A stretch of 64,000 bases of DNA from Alphaproteobacteria bacterium. GTDB taxonomy: Bacteria > Pseudomonadota > Alphaproteobacteria > SP197. The notes beneath the pieces were generated by a model. It was not told the DNA's origin. It did not search any database and saw nothing but the letters and a program-made list of their open reading frames with translations. A program made the translations under genes and the position numbers. The first letter of the stretch is position 1. Each line of letters opens with the position of its first letter. Below, one piece after another: positions 50,250-60,590 of this stretch. The stretch spans positions 288,001 through 352,000 of the forward strand of contig OZ219918.1 in NCBI GenBank assembly GCA_964291415.2. The letters run 5' to 3'.

Positions 50250-51122
50250 ATGACGATCCCGCTGATCCACGGCCTTTCCTCGCTTGTCGGACGCTATGAC
50301 GGATTGCTTGTGGACCTGTGGGGGTGCCTGCACAACGGCGTCGACGCCCATGCTCCCGCTGTTGAAGCACTGGTGGCATTCCGCCGCCTTGGCGGTCATG
50401 TCGTGCTGCTCTCGAATGCGCCACGCTTGCCGCAGGCCGTTGCCCGGCAACTGGAGGCGATGGGCGTTCCCGACTGCGCCTGGGACGGCATCATGACGGC
50501 CGGCCTGGCGACGCGTCTGGCCCTCGAGGAGCGCCAGGACTCCTGGTATGCGGCGCTTGGTCCCGGGTTCTGGCACCTGGGAACGGAGCGGGACGCCCGC
50601 CTCCTTGAAGGGCTCGCCCTTGAACGGTGCACGTCTGTCGATGACGCGGACTTTGTGCTGTGCTGCGGAATCCGTCGCCCGGGCGAGACCCTTGACGACA
50701 TCATGCCTGAACTCGAACCGGCGCTCGAACGCGGCCTGCCCATGCTGTCGGCAAACCCGGACAGGTTTGTCCTGCGCGGCGACGAACGCGAGATCTGTGC
50801 CGGCATGATCGCCGAGGCCTATGTGGCCCGTGGTGGGTCCATGCGCCAGGAGGGCAAACCCTTTCCGTCGGTCTACCGTCGGTGTCTCGACATGATGGCG
50901 GGTGCGCTCCCGGAACGCGTCCTTGCCGTGGGAGACGGCATCGGGACGGACATCATCGGCGCGCGCGACAGTGGCATCGATGCAGTCTGGATCACCGGAG
51001 GTCTGCCGGCGCATTTCTGGGGCATTGCACCGGAGCGGGTGCCGCCGCAGACTCTGGTGGATGAGGCCTGCCGGCGCCATGGCGTCATGCCGGCCGGCAT
51101 CATGCCCATGCTGACGTGGTAG
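50250..51122 (+). CDS. HAD-superfamily hydrolase (TIGR01459-type)
   Basis: DLWGCLHNG, LSNAPR, ANPD, GKP and VGDGIGTDI motifs. Confidence 0.88.
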   Translation: MTIPLIHGLSSLVGRYDGLLVDLWGCLHNGVDAHAPAVEALVAFRRLGGHVVLLSNAPRLPQAVARQLEAMGVPDCAWDGIMTAGLATRLALEERQDSWYAALGPGFWHLGTERDARLLEGLALERCTSVDDADFVLCCGIRRPGETLDDIMPELEPALERGLPMLSANPDRFVLRGDEREICAGMIAEAYVARGGSMRQEGKPFPSVYRRCLDMMAGALPERVLAVGDGIGTDIIGARDSGIDAVWITGGLPAHFWGIAPERVPPQTLVDEACRRHGVMPAGIMPMLTW

Positions 51123-51251
51123 CGGGATAGATTGCCGGTGTACGGGCATTCGCGCGCCGGGGTCTGCTTGTTCCTCGTCGACGGCTGCTATTCACGTGAA
51201 TTCCCTCTCCGCGCTGCAGGAGCGCTGCATCTGTGTTCATGTCCGCCTGCA

Positions 51252-51280
51252 TTGACGCCATTGGAACACGGCCGCACAAT
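51252..51280 (+). promoter_or_regulatory. Candidate sigma70 promoter for the amino-acid ABC operon
   Basis: TTGACG-17 bp-CACAAT, about 130 bp upstream of ATG 51409. Confidence 0.45.
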
Positions 51281-51408
51281 GACGTCGTGCGAGAGTCGCT
51301 CGCCCACTGCAATGAGCCGCGTTCCGATCGATGTCCCGGGCCAACTTGCCTGAAAGTGAGCGGCCGAAACCATAGCCAAACAAGTCAAATCAATGAGGAG
51401 GAGTTGCC

Positions 51409-52200
51409 ATGAAGAAGATACGTTCGATGCTGGCGGCGGCACTCGCCGTCGTTGCATTCGGTGCGGTCAATTCCGCCACGGCGGAGACGCTGCGCGTCGG
51501 CATGGAATGCACCTATGCACCATTCAACTTCAGGGATGCCGATGGCGAACTCATGGGCTATGACGTCGATGTTGCCAAGGGTGTCGCTGGCATTATCGGC
51601 GCCGATCTGGAGTTTGTCTGCCAGCAATGGGACGGCATGATCCCGGCTCTCCTGGCCAACAAGTTCGATTTGATCATCGCATCCATGTCGATCACCGAAA
51701 AGCGCCTGAAGAAAATGGATTTCTCCGATACGTACCGCATTTCGGTCGGCCGCCTGGTAGGCAGAAAAGATGCCGGATGGGAGCTTTTCGACGATGCGGG
51801 CAATCCGATCCCCGAGAACTTCGCCGGCCTCAAGGTGGGCCTGGAACGGGCAACGACCTATTCGGACTGGTTCGAAAACGAACTTCCGGAAGCAGAAGTG
51901 GTTCTCTACGATTCAAACGAGGCGCTGTATCTCGATTTGGTGAATGGCCGAACCGACATGATCATGACCAATCCCATGAAGGCCTACCTCAGATTCCTCA
52001 GCCAGGAGGACGGTGGGGGCTTTGAGTTCGTCAGCCCGCAGATTGACGAGAAGAAGTATTTCGGCATTGGTGTCGGCATTGGACTTCGCAAGGGCAATGA
52101 CGAATTGAAGGCCCGTCTGAATGACGCCATCAAGACGCTGACCGAGGACGGTTCGCTGGAGAGATACGCCCTGCAGTATTTCCCCTTCGCCATCCACTGA
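51409..52200 (+). CDS. Polar amino-acid ABC transporter substrate-binding protein (family 3)
   Basis: Signal peptide, TYAPFN, WDGMIPAL, ASMSITEKR motifs and a GAGGAG RBS. Confidence 0.92.
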   Translation: MKKIRSMLAAALAVVAFGAVNSATAETLRVGMECTYAPFNFRDADGELMGYDVDVAKGVAGIIGADLEFVCQQWDGMIPALLANKFDLIIASMSITEKRLKKMDFSDTYRISVGRLVGRKDAGWELFDDAGNPIPENFAGLKVGLERATTYSDWFENELPEAEVVLYDSNEALYLDLVNGRTDMIMTNPMKAYLRFLSQEDGGGFEFVSPQIDEKKYFGIGVGIGLRKGNDELKARLNDAIKTLTEDGSLERYALQYFPFAIH

Positions 52201-52237
52201 CCAGGCGCAGCATTCACAGTTCAGATCAGATGTCATG

Positions 52238-52279
52238 TCCGCGATGGGGGTCTCCATCAGCTCCCATCGCGGATTTTTT
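52238..52279 (+). terminator. Intrinsic terminator / stabilising hairpin after the SBP gene
   Basis: TCCGCGATGGGGG...CTCCCATCGCGGA followed by TTTTTT. Confidence 0.75.
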
Positions 52280-52340
52280 CTGACGAATTGATATCCCGCC
52301 CTTGAATGATGTTCTATCGCGCCAAATGGGATGAATTGCC

Positions 52341-53036
52341 GTGGATGCACTAGATGGCTGGTGGGATGACTATTTCTGGGGTTCTGTCGTTGTCGCGGAG
52401 GTTTTTGTCGTTGCGCTGATCCTGACGATCCTGTTCGGATTGATTGGCGCGGCCGCGAAACTCTCGGGAAATCGCGCCGCCAAGGCGATTGCCAATGGCT
52501 ACACGGTGGTCTTTCGCGGCACGCCCGAGATCCTGGTCCTCCTGTTGATTTACTTCGGTTCCGCCATCACCCTGACCGCCATTGCCCAGATCTTCGATCC
52601 CGAGATAAAATTCGTCGATCTTCCGCCATTTTGGGCCGGTTCGTTTGCCATTGCATTAATCGTAGGCTCCTACGCGACGGAGACCTTTCGCGGCGCTTTC
52701 CTCGGTGTCGCGCCAGGGCAGGTCGAGGCAGCCCGGGCGCTCGGTCTGTCGAAATTTCAAACATTCGTCCATGTGCGTATTCCGGCGATGTGGCGGCTGG
52801 CTCTGCCGCCCTTCGGCAATCACATGCTCTCGCTGATCAAGGATACCGCGCTGATTGCCATTATCGGGCTGGAAGAGACTCTGTTCGTCGCCGCGCAGGC
52901 GATTGGAACCACGAACAAGCCGTTTACCATGTATATCGTGGTCGGCGTGATCTATCTGGGATTCTCAACGGTCATCACGTTGGCCGTCATGGTCCTGGAA
53001 AAGTATGCCAATCGGCACCTGGAGATCGCGCGATGA
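52341..53036 (+). CDS. Amino-acid ABC transporter permease (HisQ-like)
   Basis: FRGTPE, GQVEAARALG and LIKDTAL motifs. Confidence 0.9.
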   Translation: MDALDGWWDDYFWGSVVVAEVFVVALILTILFGLIGAAAKLSGNRAAKAIANGYTVVFRGTPEILVLLLIYFGSAITLTAIAQIFDPEIKFVDLPPFWAGSFAIALIVGSYATETFRGAFLGVAPGQVEAARALGLSKFQTFVHVRIPAMWRLALPPFGNHMLSLIKDTALIAIIGLEETLFVAAQAIGTTNKPFTMYIVVGVIYLGFSTVITLAVMVLEKYANRHLEIAR

Positions 53037-53728
53037 GCTTCGACATGGCGCTGATCCTGGACAGTATTCCCAAGATGCTCATGGGAATCGGGCTGACGCT
53101 TCAATTGCTCTTCCTGTCGGCGGCACTGGGCCTGACCCTCGCCATCATCCTGCTGTTGATGCGAATCAGCGGCCGGTGGTATCTGGCGGCGCCGACAATG
53201 GCCTACATCTACATCTTTCGCGGCACTCCGATACTGGTGCAGATTTTCATCATCTATTACGGCCTGCCTCAGCTGGATTTCGTGCGCGACAGCATTTTCT
53301 GGCCGATCTTGCGAGAACCGTTCGGCTGTGCAATTCTCGCCTTGACACTGAATACCGGCGCCTACGTGTCGGAGATTCTGCGCGGCGGCGTTCTGGGCGT
53401 GGACCGTGGCCTGAAGGAAGCAGGAGCGGCACTCGGGCTCAGCACCCGGCACAGGTTCATCTACATCACGACCCCCATCGCGATCCGCCTGGCTCTTCCG
53501 GCGTACAGCAATGATGTCATCAGCCTGATGAAGAGCACGGCCCTGGCCAGCACAATCACGCTCCTGGACATGACGGGCATTGCGCGAACCATCGTGGCCG
53601 AAACCTACGCGCCCTATGAGATCTTCATGTCGCTGATGGTCATCTATCTGATCCTGACGTGGATGATTCAGAGAAGTTTCGGCTGGGTGGAGAAGTACAT
53701 GAGCCGGTACGTGAGAGAAGAGGTGTGA
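53033..53728 (+). CDS. Amino-acid ABC transporter permease (HisM-like)
   Basis: [18 protein letters not shown] and KSTALAS motifs. ATGA overlap with the preceding permease. Confidence 0.9.
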   Translation: MSFDMALILDSIPKMLMGIGLTLQLLFLSAALGLTLAIILLLMRISGRWYLAAPTMAYIYIFRGTPILVQIFIIYYGLPQLDFVRDSIFWPILREPFGCAILALTLNTGAYVSEILRGGVLGVDRGLKEAGAALGLSTRHRFIYITTPIAIRLALPAYSNDVISLMKSTALASTITLLDMTGIARTIVAETYAPYEIFMSLMVIYLILTWMIQRSFGWVEKYMSRYVREEV

Positions 53729-53729
53729 C

Positions 53730-54482
53730 ATGAACGACAGCGACCGTGATGACATCATTCACCTCGAGAACGTCAACAAGTTCTTCGGTACGTTTCAGGC
53801 GCTCAAGGACATCAATCTGTCAATCAGGAAGGGGGAGCGCGTTGTCGTGTGCGGTCCGTCCGGATCGGGAAAGTCGACCCTGATCCGATGCATCAACCGG
53901 CTTGAGGAACACAACAGCGGCACGATCACGGTAAACGGGCACGAGCTGACCGATGACGTGAAGAACATCGATGCCGTGCGTCGCGAGGTCGGCATGGTGT
54001 TTCAGGACTTCAATCTGTTTCCCCACATGACGGTCGTCAAGAATCTCATGCTGGCGCCCAAGCTGGTGCGCAAGGCCTCAAGGTCGGAGGCATATGAGAC
54101 GGCCATGCGCTATCTTGAAAGGGTCAAGATCCCGGAGCAGGCCGACAAGTATCCCAGTCAACTGTCCGGCGGACAGCAGCAACGTGTCGCGATTGCCCGC
54201 GCACTGTGCATGAACCCCGTGATCATGCTGTTCGACGAACCGACCTCGGCGCTCGATCCGGAGATGATCGCCGAGGTACTCGACGTCATGACGGATTTGG
54301 CGCGCGACGGCATGACCATGATCTGCGTCACCCACGAGATGGGGTTCGCCCGCTCGGTGGCCGACAACGTGGTCTTCATGGATGAGGGCGAGATCGTTGA
54401 GATGAACCCGCCGAAGGAGTTCTTCGACAACCCGAGGAACGAACGCACCAGGCTGTTCCTCAGCCAGGTCCTGTCATACTGA
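53730..54482 (+). CDS. Amino-acid ABC transporter ATP-binding protein
   Basis: [17 protein letters not shown] and [12 protein letters not shown] motifs. Confidence 0.94.
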   Translation: MNDSDRDDIIHLENVNKFFGTFQALKDINLSIRKGERVVVCGPSGSGKSTLIRCINRLEEHNSGTITVNGHELTDDVKNIDAVRREVGMVFQDFNLFPHMTVVKNLMLAPKLVRKASRSEAYETAMRYLERVKIPEQADKYPSQLSGGQQQRVAIARALCMNPVIMLFDEPTSALDPEMIAEVLDVMTDLARDGMTMICVTHEMGFARSVADNVVFMDEGEIVEMNPPKEFFDNPRNERTRLFLSQVLSY

Positions 54483-54492
54483 GGCTGGCGGC

Positions 54493-55275
54493 GTGGAGCA
54501 GGCTCTTGTGGATGAACTTGCCGAATTCGCCGGCCGGCTGGCCGATGCGAGCGGTCCCATCATCCGCAAGGCGCATCGGGGCGGTTTCTCGACCGAAGCG
54601 AAGGCCGATGGCAGTCCGGTGACCAACGTCGACCGCGCCGTCGAGGACCGGCTGCGCGCGATGATCGCGATGTCCTATCCGGATCACGGCATCGTCGGCG
54701 AGGAACGCGGTGTCACGGCGGCCAGGGATGGCCCGGTTTGGGTCATCGACCCGATTGACGGCACGCTGCCCTTCCTCGCCGGTATCCCGGTGTTCGGCAC
54801 GCTGATTGCGCTGGTCGAGGATGGCGTGCCGCTGATCGGCGTTGTCGACATGCCGGCGACCGCTGAACGTTGGCTCGGCTGCCGGGGTCGTCCGACAATA
54901 CGCAATGGCGCGACCGTCAGAGTGCGTCCTTGCGGCGGTCTCGCCGACGCGCTGATGTCGACCAGCAATCCCGACTTCTACGGTGCCGACGATGGCGATG
55001 CCTTCGCACGACTCAAGGCGGCGGTATGCTGGACGGTCTATGGCGGCAGCTGCCTGGCCTATGCCCAACTCGCATCGGGACGTACCGACCTCGGCATCGA
55101 CGTCGCGCTCGACCCTCTGGACTATCTTGCGCTGGTACCCGTCATAGAGGGTGCCGGTGGCGTCATGAGCGACTGGCAGGGCGCTCCGCTGACCATGGAC
55201 TCCGGCAGCCGCATCCTCGCCGCCGGCGATGCGCGAAGGCATGCGGAAGCACTGGCGATCCTGGCTGACGCCTGA
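54493..55275 (+). CDS. hisN: Histidinol-phosphatase, inositol monophosphatase family
   Basis: KADGSPVT, GEE, WVIDPIDGT, PVFGTLIAL, DYLALVPVIEGAGG motifs. Confidence 0.75.
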   Translation: MEQALVDELAEFAGRLADASGPIIRKAHRGGFSTEAKADGSPVTNVDRAVEDRLRAMIAMSYPDHGIVGEERGVTAARDGPVWVIDPIDGTLPFLAGIPVFGTLIALVEDGVPLIGVVDMPATAERWLGCRGRPTIRNGATVRVRPCGGLADALMSTSNPDFYGADDGDAFARLKAAVCWTVYGGSCLAYAQLASGRTDLGIDVALDPLDYLALVPVIEGAGGVMSDWQGAPLTMDSGSRILAAGDARRHAEALAILADA

Positions 55276-55374
55276 GCCCTCCACCGTGGCGCTGCGTGGG
55301 GCGAGTATCCCAATCGCCTAAGGGTGTCCTTCCCGCGCGTCCTGAGCGCTCAAGCGGTCGGGCGATGAAAACCG

Positions 55375-55920
55375 TTGTACAATCGGCATTTAGCCCGACT
55401 GGCCGCTGTACAAGTGCCGGTGCCACTATCTGCACGTATCAAGGAAGGGAAACGAGGGACGGTCGAGATCCACGAGACCACCACGGGATCAAAACGCGTG
55501 CACGTCATCGGCGAGCCGAAGACTGATCCCGCGAAGCGGATCCCCGGTCGAGTCGTGTGGTCGCAGCCATGGGGTCCGGCGATTGCTGTCGGCTATCGTG
55601 CGGCCAGGCTTCCACCCGACGGGAAGGGCAAGGGCTTCAGTTTGTCGCTGGGTGCGGGGCACCGGCTGTCCATGATCCACTTCTGGCAGATACCGGCCTT
55701 CAACTGGTTCGAGAGAGTAAGAACGGACCGCGAAACGGTTCCCATCCGGCTGACGGGGCAGCGCGGGGAGGACTGCGTCTTCATGCCCGACGGGTCTATC
55801 CGTCCGACGAAGCGGTGCTCCCTTCCATGCGCTGGATCGTTCGACGTTCGGCTCGGTCACAAGAACCGCGACATCAATCCCTTCCGATACCCACCCGGAA
55901 CAGGCCCCGACGGTGGGTGA
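55375..55920 (+). CDS. Hypothetical protein or gene fragment
   Basis: 181-codon ORF filling an otherwise empty accessory gap. No recognisable motif, and the start is uncertain. Confidence 0.3.
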   Translation: MYNRHLARLAAVQVPVPLSARIKEGKRGTVEIHETTTGSKRVHVIGEPKTDPAKRIPGRVVWSQPWGPAIAVGYRAARLPPDGKGKGFSLSLGAGHRLSMIHFWQIPAFNWFERVRTDRETVPIRLTGQRGEDCVFMPDGSIRPTKRCSLPCAGSFDVRLGHKNRDINPFRYPPGTGPDGG

Positions 55921-56125
55921 TCATGGCAAGAGGTCACTCGCTGAACGGAAGCCTTGCGCCAGTTCGCGGATTTCGGCAGCGGCAACATGGGAACGCCGGG
56001 ATCGGTGGCGGCCCCACAAGATCGGCCGAGGCGACCCGGCACGACGGGGTGCGCCGGGCGAATTGAAAGAGGCGCACCGGGTGTTACAAAAGAGCGCATT
56101 AAGACGGGCGTTCGCGAGGTTCGGA

Positions 56126-56480
56126 TCGCAGACGTTCAAGACCAAGGCGTTCGCTCGTTTCGCCGAGCACGAGGGGCTGGAAGATGCGGCGCTGTGCGAG
56201 GCCGTGCGCCGGGCCGGGAGCGGTCTGATCGACGCCGATTTCGGTGGCGCGTCATCAAGCAGCGGGTCGCCCGCAAGGGCGGTGGCCGTTCCGGCGGGTT
56301 CCGCACGATCGTGCTGTTCCGCAGAGGGGAGCTGGCGTTCTTCGTGTACGGTTTCGCCAAGAGCGACCGGGAGAACCTGCGCCGAGACGAACTGGCGACC
56401 TACCGGAGTATCTGTCGTTGAACGGAGCCGGCCTGGCGGCGGCGCAGGCCACTGGAGCGATCATCGAGGTGGAATGCAAT
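56126..56480 (+). pseudogene. RelE/HigB-type (DUF1044-like) toxin, frameshifted and with its start codon lost
   Basis: Three frames give QTFKTKAFARFA...GLIDADFGG / VIKQRVARKGGGRSGGFRTIV...FVYGFAKSDRENL / EYLSL...IIEVEC. Confidence 0.85.
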
Positions 56481-56778
56481 GGGGATTATATTGGAAAGTC
56501 ACAATGAGACCCGGCGTGATGGGCCGGGTCTCATGTGTGGACAACGCGGGAACGTCGATTAGTCGACTCGACCCGAAGGTCGCCCATGCATTGGCATTGC
56601 TCAAGTGCAGTGCTGCGATATTCGCGGTTCACAGGCCCGGCAACCCAGCAACCTCCCCGCGCAGAGGCCCCAGTCCCCGAGGCCGGTTGCCGAAGCAACA
56701 CGGGCAACGTATCATCGACCCGCTCAAGTGCAATGCTGTTGATCGGAAAGTGTGATGTGACTTTCCGATGTAAGTCCC
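56481..56778. mobile_element. 298-bp non-autonomous element (MITE) with IS1595-like ends
   Basis: 23-bp TIRs GGGGATTATATTGGAAAGTCACA / TGTGACTTTCCGATGTAAGTCCC (19/23 match), flanked by 8-bp AATGCAAT / AATGCGAT direct repeats. No transposase. Confidence 0.8.
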
Positions 56779-56784
56779 AATGCG

Positions 56785-57102
56785 ATGACCAAGCAATACA
56801 GGAGTGGGGCGCTGGCGTCCGTGCACGAAGCCGCGCTCGGCCTGGCCGAGGCGGGCCTGATGTCGAAACGGACCATGCGCAAGTTCGACGAGATGTGCCT
56901 CACGCCAGTCGAGGACATGACGCCGGAGGACATCCGCGCGTTGCGGCTGCGCGAGCATGCGAGCCAGGCGGTGTTCGCGCGTTACCTCAACGTGACGACG
57001 GGTCTGGTGAGCCAGTGGGAGCGCGGTGAGAAGCGTCCGCGGGGCGCGTCGCTGAAGCTGCTGACGCTGGTGGCGAAGAACGGTCTGGCGGCGGTCGCCT
57101 GA
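56785..57102 (+). CDS. HigA-like XRE HTH antitoxin
   Basis: ASVHEAA, TMRKFD, IRALRLREHASQAVFARYLNV, SQWERGEKRP and SLKLL motifs. Confidence 0.9.
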   Translation: MTKQYRSGALASVHEAALGLAEAGLMSKRTMRKFDEMCLTPVEDMTPEDIRALRLREHASQAVFARYLNVTTGLVSQWERGEKRPRGASLKLLTLVAKNGLAAVA

Positions 57103-57480
57103 CGGATGCCGGAGGACGGACGTTGGCTGGCGGCGCGCCCTCGGGCGCGGGTTGATCGGCGGCAAGGCGTGTCGGCAGCCGGGATTGTCGTAGCGGCGAA
57201 TCGGATGCCCGGCATTGCGATCACTGATTTGCCACACGAAATCACGCCTATAACACCGGTGGACTTCAAGGCAGTGCTGTCAGATTCAGCATGTTTTCTG
57301 CATAGCATTCCCCCCTGATCCTGCGGTCCCGGAATCCTGACTCGACGAGCGCCTGCTCGTTCGGTGACAGCGCGTGCGAGAGAACGTATGTTGATTCAGC
57401 GTGCTGATGTTCCGTTCAACCCCGGAGGTGTGGTACCGGTGTTGCACCGCCAGCTTCTGCAGATCCGGGGAGACTGACCC

Positions 57481-59598
57481 ATGCTGTCCCCCGAACCGAT
57501 CCACAAGGGATACAGCGTGTGCCCGCACGACTGCCCGTCGACGTGTGCCCTTGAAGTCGACGTTCTCGCGCCGGACCGGATCGGCAGGGTGAGGGGAGCG
57601 AAGGACAACAGCTACACCGCCGGCGTCATCTGCGCCAAGGTGGCGCGCTATGCGGAGAGGATCCATCACCCGCAGCGGCTGACGACACCGCTGCGCCGCA
57701 CCGGGGACAAGGGGTCGACGGATTTCGTTCCTGTCTCCTGGGATGAGGCGATGGACGAGGTGGCGAGCCGTTTCGCCGAAGCGGAAGCCCGCCATGGTCC
57801 CGAAACGGTCTGGCCATACTACTACGCCGGAACCATGGGCATGGTGATGCGTGACGGCATCAATCGGCTGCGCCATGTCAAGCGCTACAGCGGACAGCAC
57901 AACACCATCTGCACGACACTGGCCTGGGCAGGCTACATGGCCGGGACCGGAGCGCTCATGGGGCCCGATCCGCGCGAGATGGCGAAGTCCGACTGTGTGG
58001 TCATCTGGGGCACCAATCCGGTCAACACGCAGGTCAATGTCATGACCCACGCGATGCGCGCGCGCAAGGAACGCGGCGCAGCCATCGTGGTGATCGACAC
58101 CTACCGGACCGGCACGGCCGAGAAGGCGGATCTCTTCCTGTGCGTGAAGCCCGGAACGGACGCAGCCCTGGCCTGCGGCGTCATGCATGTCCTGTTCCGC
58201 GACGGCATGGCCGACCGGCAGTGGATGGATCAGTACACCGATGAACCGGCGGGTCTCGAGAAGCACCTCGAGACCCGGACGCCTGAGTGGGCCGAGGCGA
58301 TCTGCGGCGTGCCGGCCGACAGGATCGAGACCTTTGCACGGCTGGTGGGCCGAACGCCGAAGACCTACCTGCGCCTGGGCTACGGATTCTGCCGCGGGCG
58401 CAACGGTTCGGTTTCCATGCACGCCGCCAGTTGCATCGCCTCGGTGACCGGTTCGTGGCGTCACGAAGGTGGCGGCGCCTTTCACAACAACGGCCAGATC
58501 TACCACTGGGACCGCACGATGATCGAGGGCATCGACCGGAGGGATGCGTCGGTTCGCGTCCTGGACCAGTCGCGCATCGGCCCGGTGCTTGTCGGTGACA
58601 GGCGCGATCTCGGCGACGGTCCTCCGGTGACGGCCATGCTGATCCAGAACACCAATCCGATGGCGGTGGCTCCCGATCTCGGCCTCGTGCACCGGGGATT
58701 CGCACGCGATGATCTCTTCTGTTGCGTGCACGAGCAATTCATGACTGAAACTGCCAGGATGGCCGATATCGTGCTGCCCGCCACGATGTTCCTCGAGCAT
58801 GACGACATCTACCAGGGGGGCGGACATCAGCACATCATGTGGGGACCCAGGCTGGTTTCGGCGCCGGGAGAGTGCCGCAGCAACCATGACGTCATCTGCG
58901 ATCTCGCCCGTCGTCTCGGGGTGGCGGACGAGCATCCCGGGTTTTCCATGACGCCTGCCGGACTGGCCGATCACCTGATGCGGGCATCGGGATGGGGGCC
59001 GCTGGACGACCTCGTTGCCAGGAGATGGATGGACGTCCAGCCCGACTTCGAGCGCGCCCACTTCGTCGGGGGATTCGGTCACGCCGATGGCCGCTTCCGT
59101 TTCCGTGCGGACTGGTCGCACAGGCACAACGTCTTCGGTCCGCACGGGGTGCCGGATACCATGCCGCAATTTCCCGATTTCTGGGATGTCATCGACACCC
59201 GGCATCCCTTGCGTCTCGTGACGGCGCCGGCCCGCAACTACCTCAACTCGAGCTTCACCGAAACGCCGACATCCATCCGGCGCGAAGAAACACCCACGGC
59301 CCAGATTCATGTCAATGATGCGCACTCCCTCGGCATCGCGGATGGCTCGCGGGTGCGCCTGGGCAATGACAAGGGGAGCGTCGTGCTGCGGGCCCGTGTC
59401 GTGGACGATCAGCTGGCGGGCACGGTCATCGTTGAGAGCGTCTGGCCCAACAGCGCGTTCGACGAAGGCGTGGGCATCAATCTTCTGGTCTCGGCGGAAC
59501 CCGGCGCCCCGATCGGCGGCGGTCTCTTCCACGACACGTCGGTGTGGCTGAAACCCGCCTCGAGTCAGCGCCAGGCAAACACCGGCTGCTCGAGGTGA
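57481..59598 (+). CDS. Molybdopterin (bis-MGD) oxidoreductase family protein
   Basis: CPHDCPSTC...ICAK Fe-S motif, WGTNP, ADIVLPATMFLE and a C-terminal molybdopterin-binding domain. Confidence 0.92.
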   Translation: MLSPEPIHKGYSVCPHDCPSTCALEVDVLAPDRIGRVRGAKDNSYTAGVICAKVARYAERIHHPQRLTTPLRRTGDKGSTDFVPVSWDEAMDEVASRFAEAEARHGPETVWPYYYAGTMGMVMRDGINRLRHVKRYSGQHNTICTTLAWAGYMAGTGALMGPDPREMAKSDCVVIWGTNPVNTQVNVMTHAMRARKERGAAIVVIDTYRTGTAEKADLFLCVKPGTDAALACGVMHVLFRDGMADRQWMDQYTDEPAGLEKHLETRTPEWAEAICGVPADRIETFARLVGRTPKTYLRLGYGFCRGRNGSVSMHAASCIASVTGSWRHEGGGAFHNNGQIYHWDRTMIEGIDRRDASVRVLDQSRIGPVLVGDRRDLGDGPPVTAMLIQNTNPMAVAPDLGLVHRGFARDDLFCCVHEQFMTETARMADIVLPATMFLEHDDIYQGGGHQHIMWGPRLVSAPGECRSNHDVICDLARRLGVADEHPGFSMTPAGLADHLMRASGWGPLDDLVARRWMDVQPDFERAHFVGGFGHADGRFRFRADWSHRHNVFGPHGVPDTMPQFPDFWDVIDTRHPLRLVTAPARNYLNSSFTETPTSIRREETPTAQIHVNDAHSLGIADGSRVRLGNDKGSVVLRARVVDDQLAGTVIVESVWPNSAFDEGVGINLLVSAEPGAPIGGGLFHDTSVWLKPASSQRQANTGCSR

Positions 59599-60197
59599 TC
59601 GACCCGGGTTGCCCGCCCGCCCAGCACCACTTCGCGGAACTGGAAGATCACGGCAGCGGTCGGCGCGTGGATCTTGGTCCCGGCGATCGGCATGCGGATC
59701 ACCGGGCGGTCGCTTTCGGGAATGGTCACGAATTCCGGGGATCCCGGCTTGTAGAGCGAGGTGAAGGGGATCCGGTAGATGGCCGCGACCTCCTGCGGAT
59801 TGGCCTTGAGCTCGACCTTGCCGCCTCCCCAGACGACAACCGGCGTGATGAGGTAGCCTGAACGGGTCGGGTAGTCGTCAAGTCGTCCCATCACGGCGCT
59901 GTCGTCAAGATCGAGGCCCACCTCCTCGGCGAGTTCCCTGAGCGCCGCCTTCTCGGGCGTCTCGCCGGGATCGAGGCGGCCTCCGGGAAGTGCCCACTGT
60001 CCGGCATGGCGGTTCATGCGTGCTGCCCGGCGCGTCAGGATGAAGGCGCCCTGACCCTTGCGGTCGGAGACGACGGTCATGGTCACGGCAGCCCTCTTGC
60101 GCCCGTCGGGAGCTATCTGCCGTGTCTTGAACCCGGCAAGATGCCGCACCATGCGCTCCTTGAGGGCAGGGCCGTTGACGAGACTGTCGGCGATCAT
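59565..60197 (-). CDS. Nudix hydrolase, CoA pyrophosphatase type
   Basis: HAGQWALPGG and Nudix box GETPEKAALRELAEEVG. Convergent 34-bp overlap with the oxidoreductase. Confidence 0.88.
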   Translation of the reverse strand: MIADSLVNGPALKERMVRHLAGFKTRQIAPDGRKRAAVTMTVVSDRKGQGAFILTRRAARMNRHAGQWALPGGRLDPGETPEKAALRELAEEVGLDLDDSAVMGRLDDYPTRSGYLITPVVVWGGGKVELKANPQEVAAIYRIPFTSLYKPGSPEFVTIPESDRPVIRMPIAGTKIHAPTAAVIFQFREVVLGGRATRVDHLEQPVFAWR

Positions 60198-60590
60198 GGC
60201 AGGGTTCTCCACCGGTTTCCCCGGGGCGCAGGCGTGATGCAGCGAAACGATGGTCTGTAGCCGTGGGGACAATTCCCCTGCGTCGGCCTCTCTACCGAAC
60301 TCATTGTATTGCAGGTGCTTTCTCGCACACGTCAAACGGAACCAGCGATCCTGTGTGAGATCTCGGCGTTGTACCCAACTTCCTCGGCGCGTGGAAGTCG
60401 GGTACGGGAAGAATGTTGACCCATTGGGCGCTCTGCAACCCGGCGGTTCGTATCACCATCCGGAATTCCACCCCGGAGTCCACGCGGCCAGGAACTGCCT
60501 TCGACGCTCCGAGATCGCGGATGCCTTGCCTTGACCTTGCTGCTACGACGAATAGGGTTGTTGAAGCAACAAGACTGGGGGGATTGAACC

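Noticed and set aside
56599-57285. CRISPR array
   Set aside because: Only two or three loose short repeats with irregular spacing, and no cas genes.
59565-59598. Convergent 34-bp gene overlap as a regulatory feature
   Set aside because: Short 3' overlaps are common in GC-rich genomes, and nothing else supports a function.
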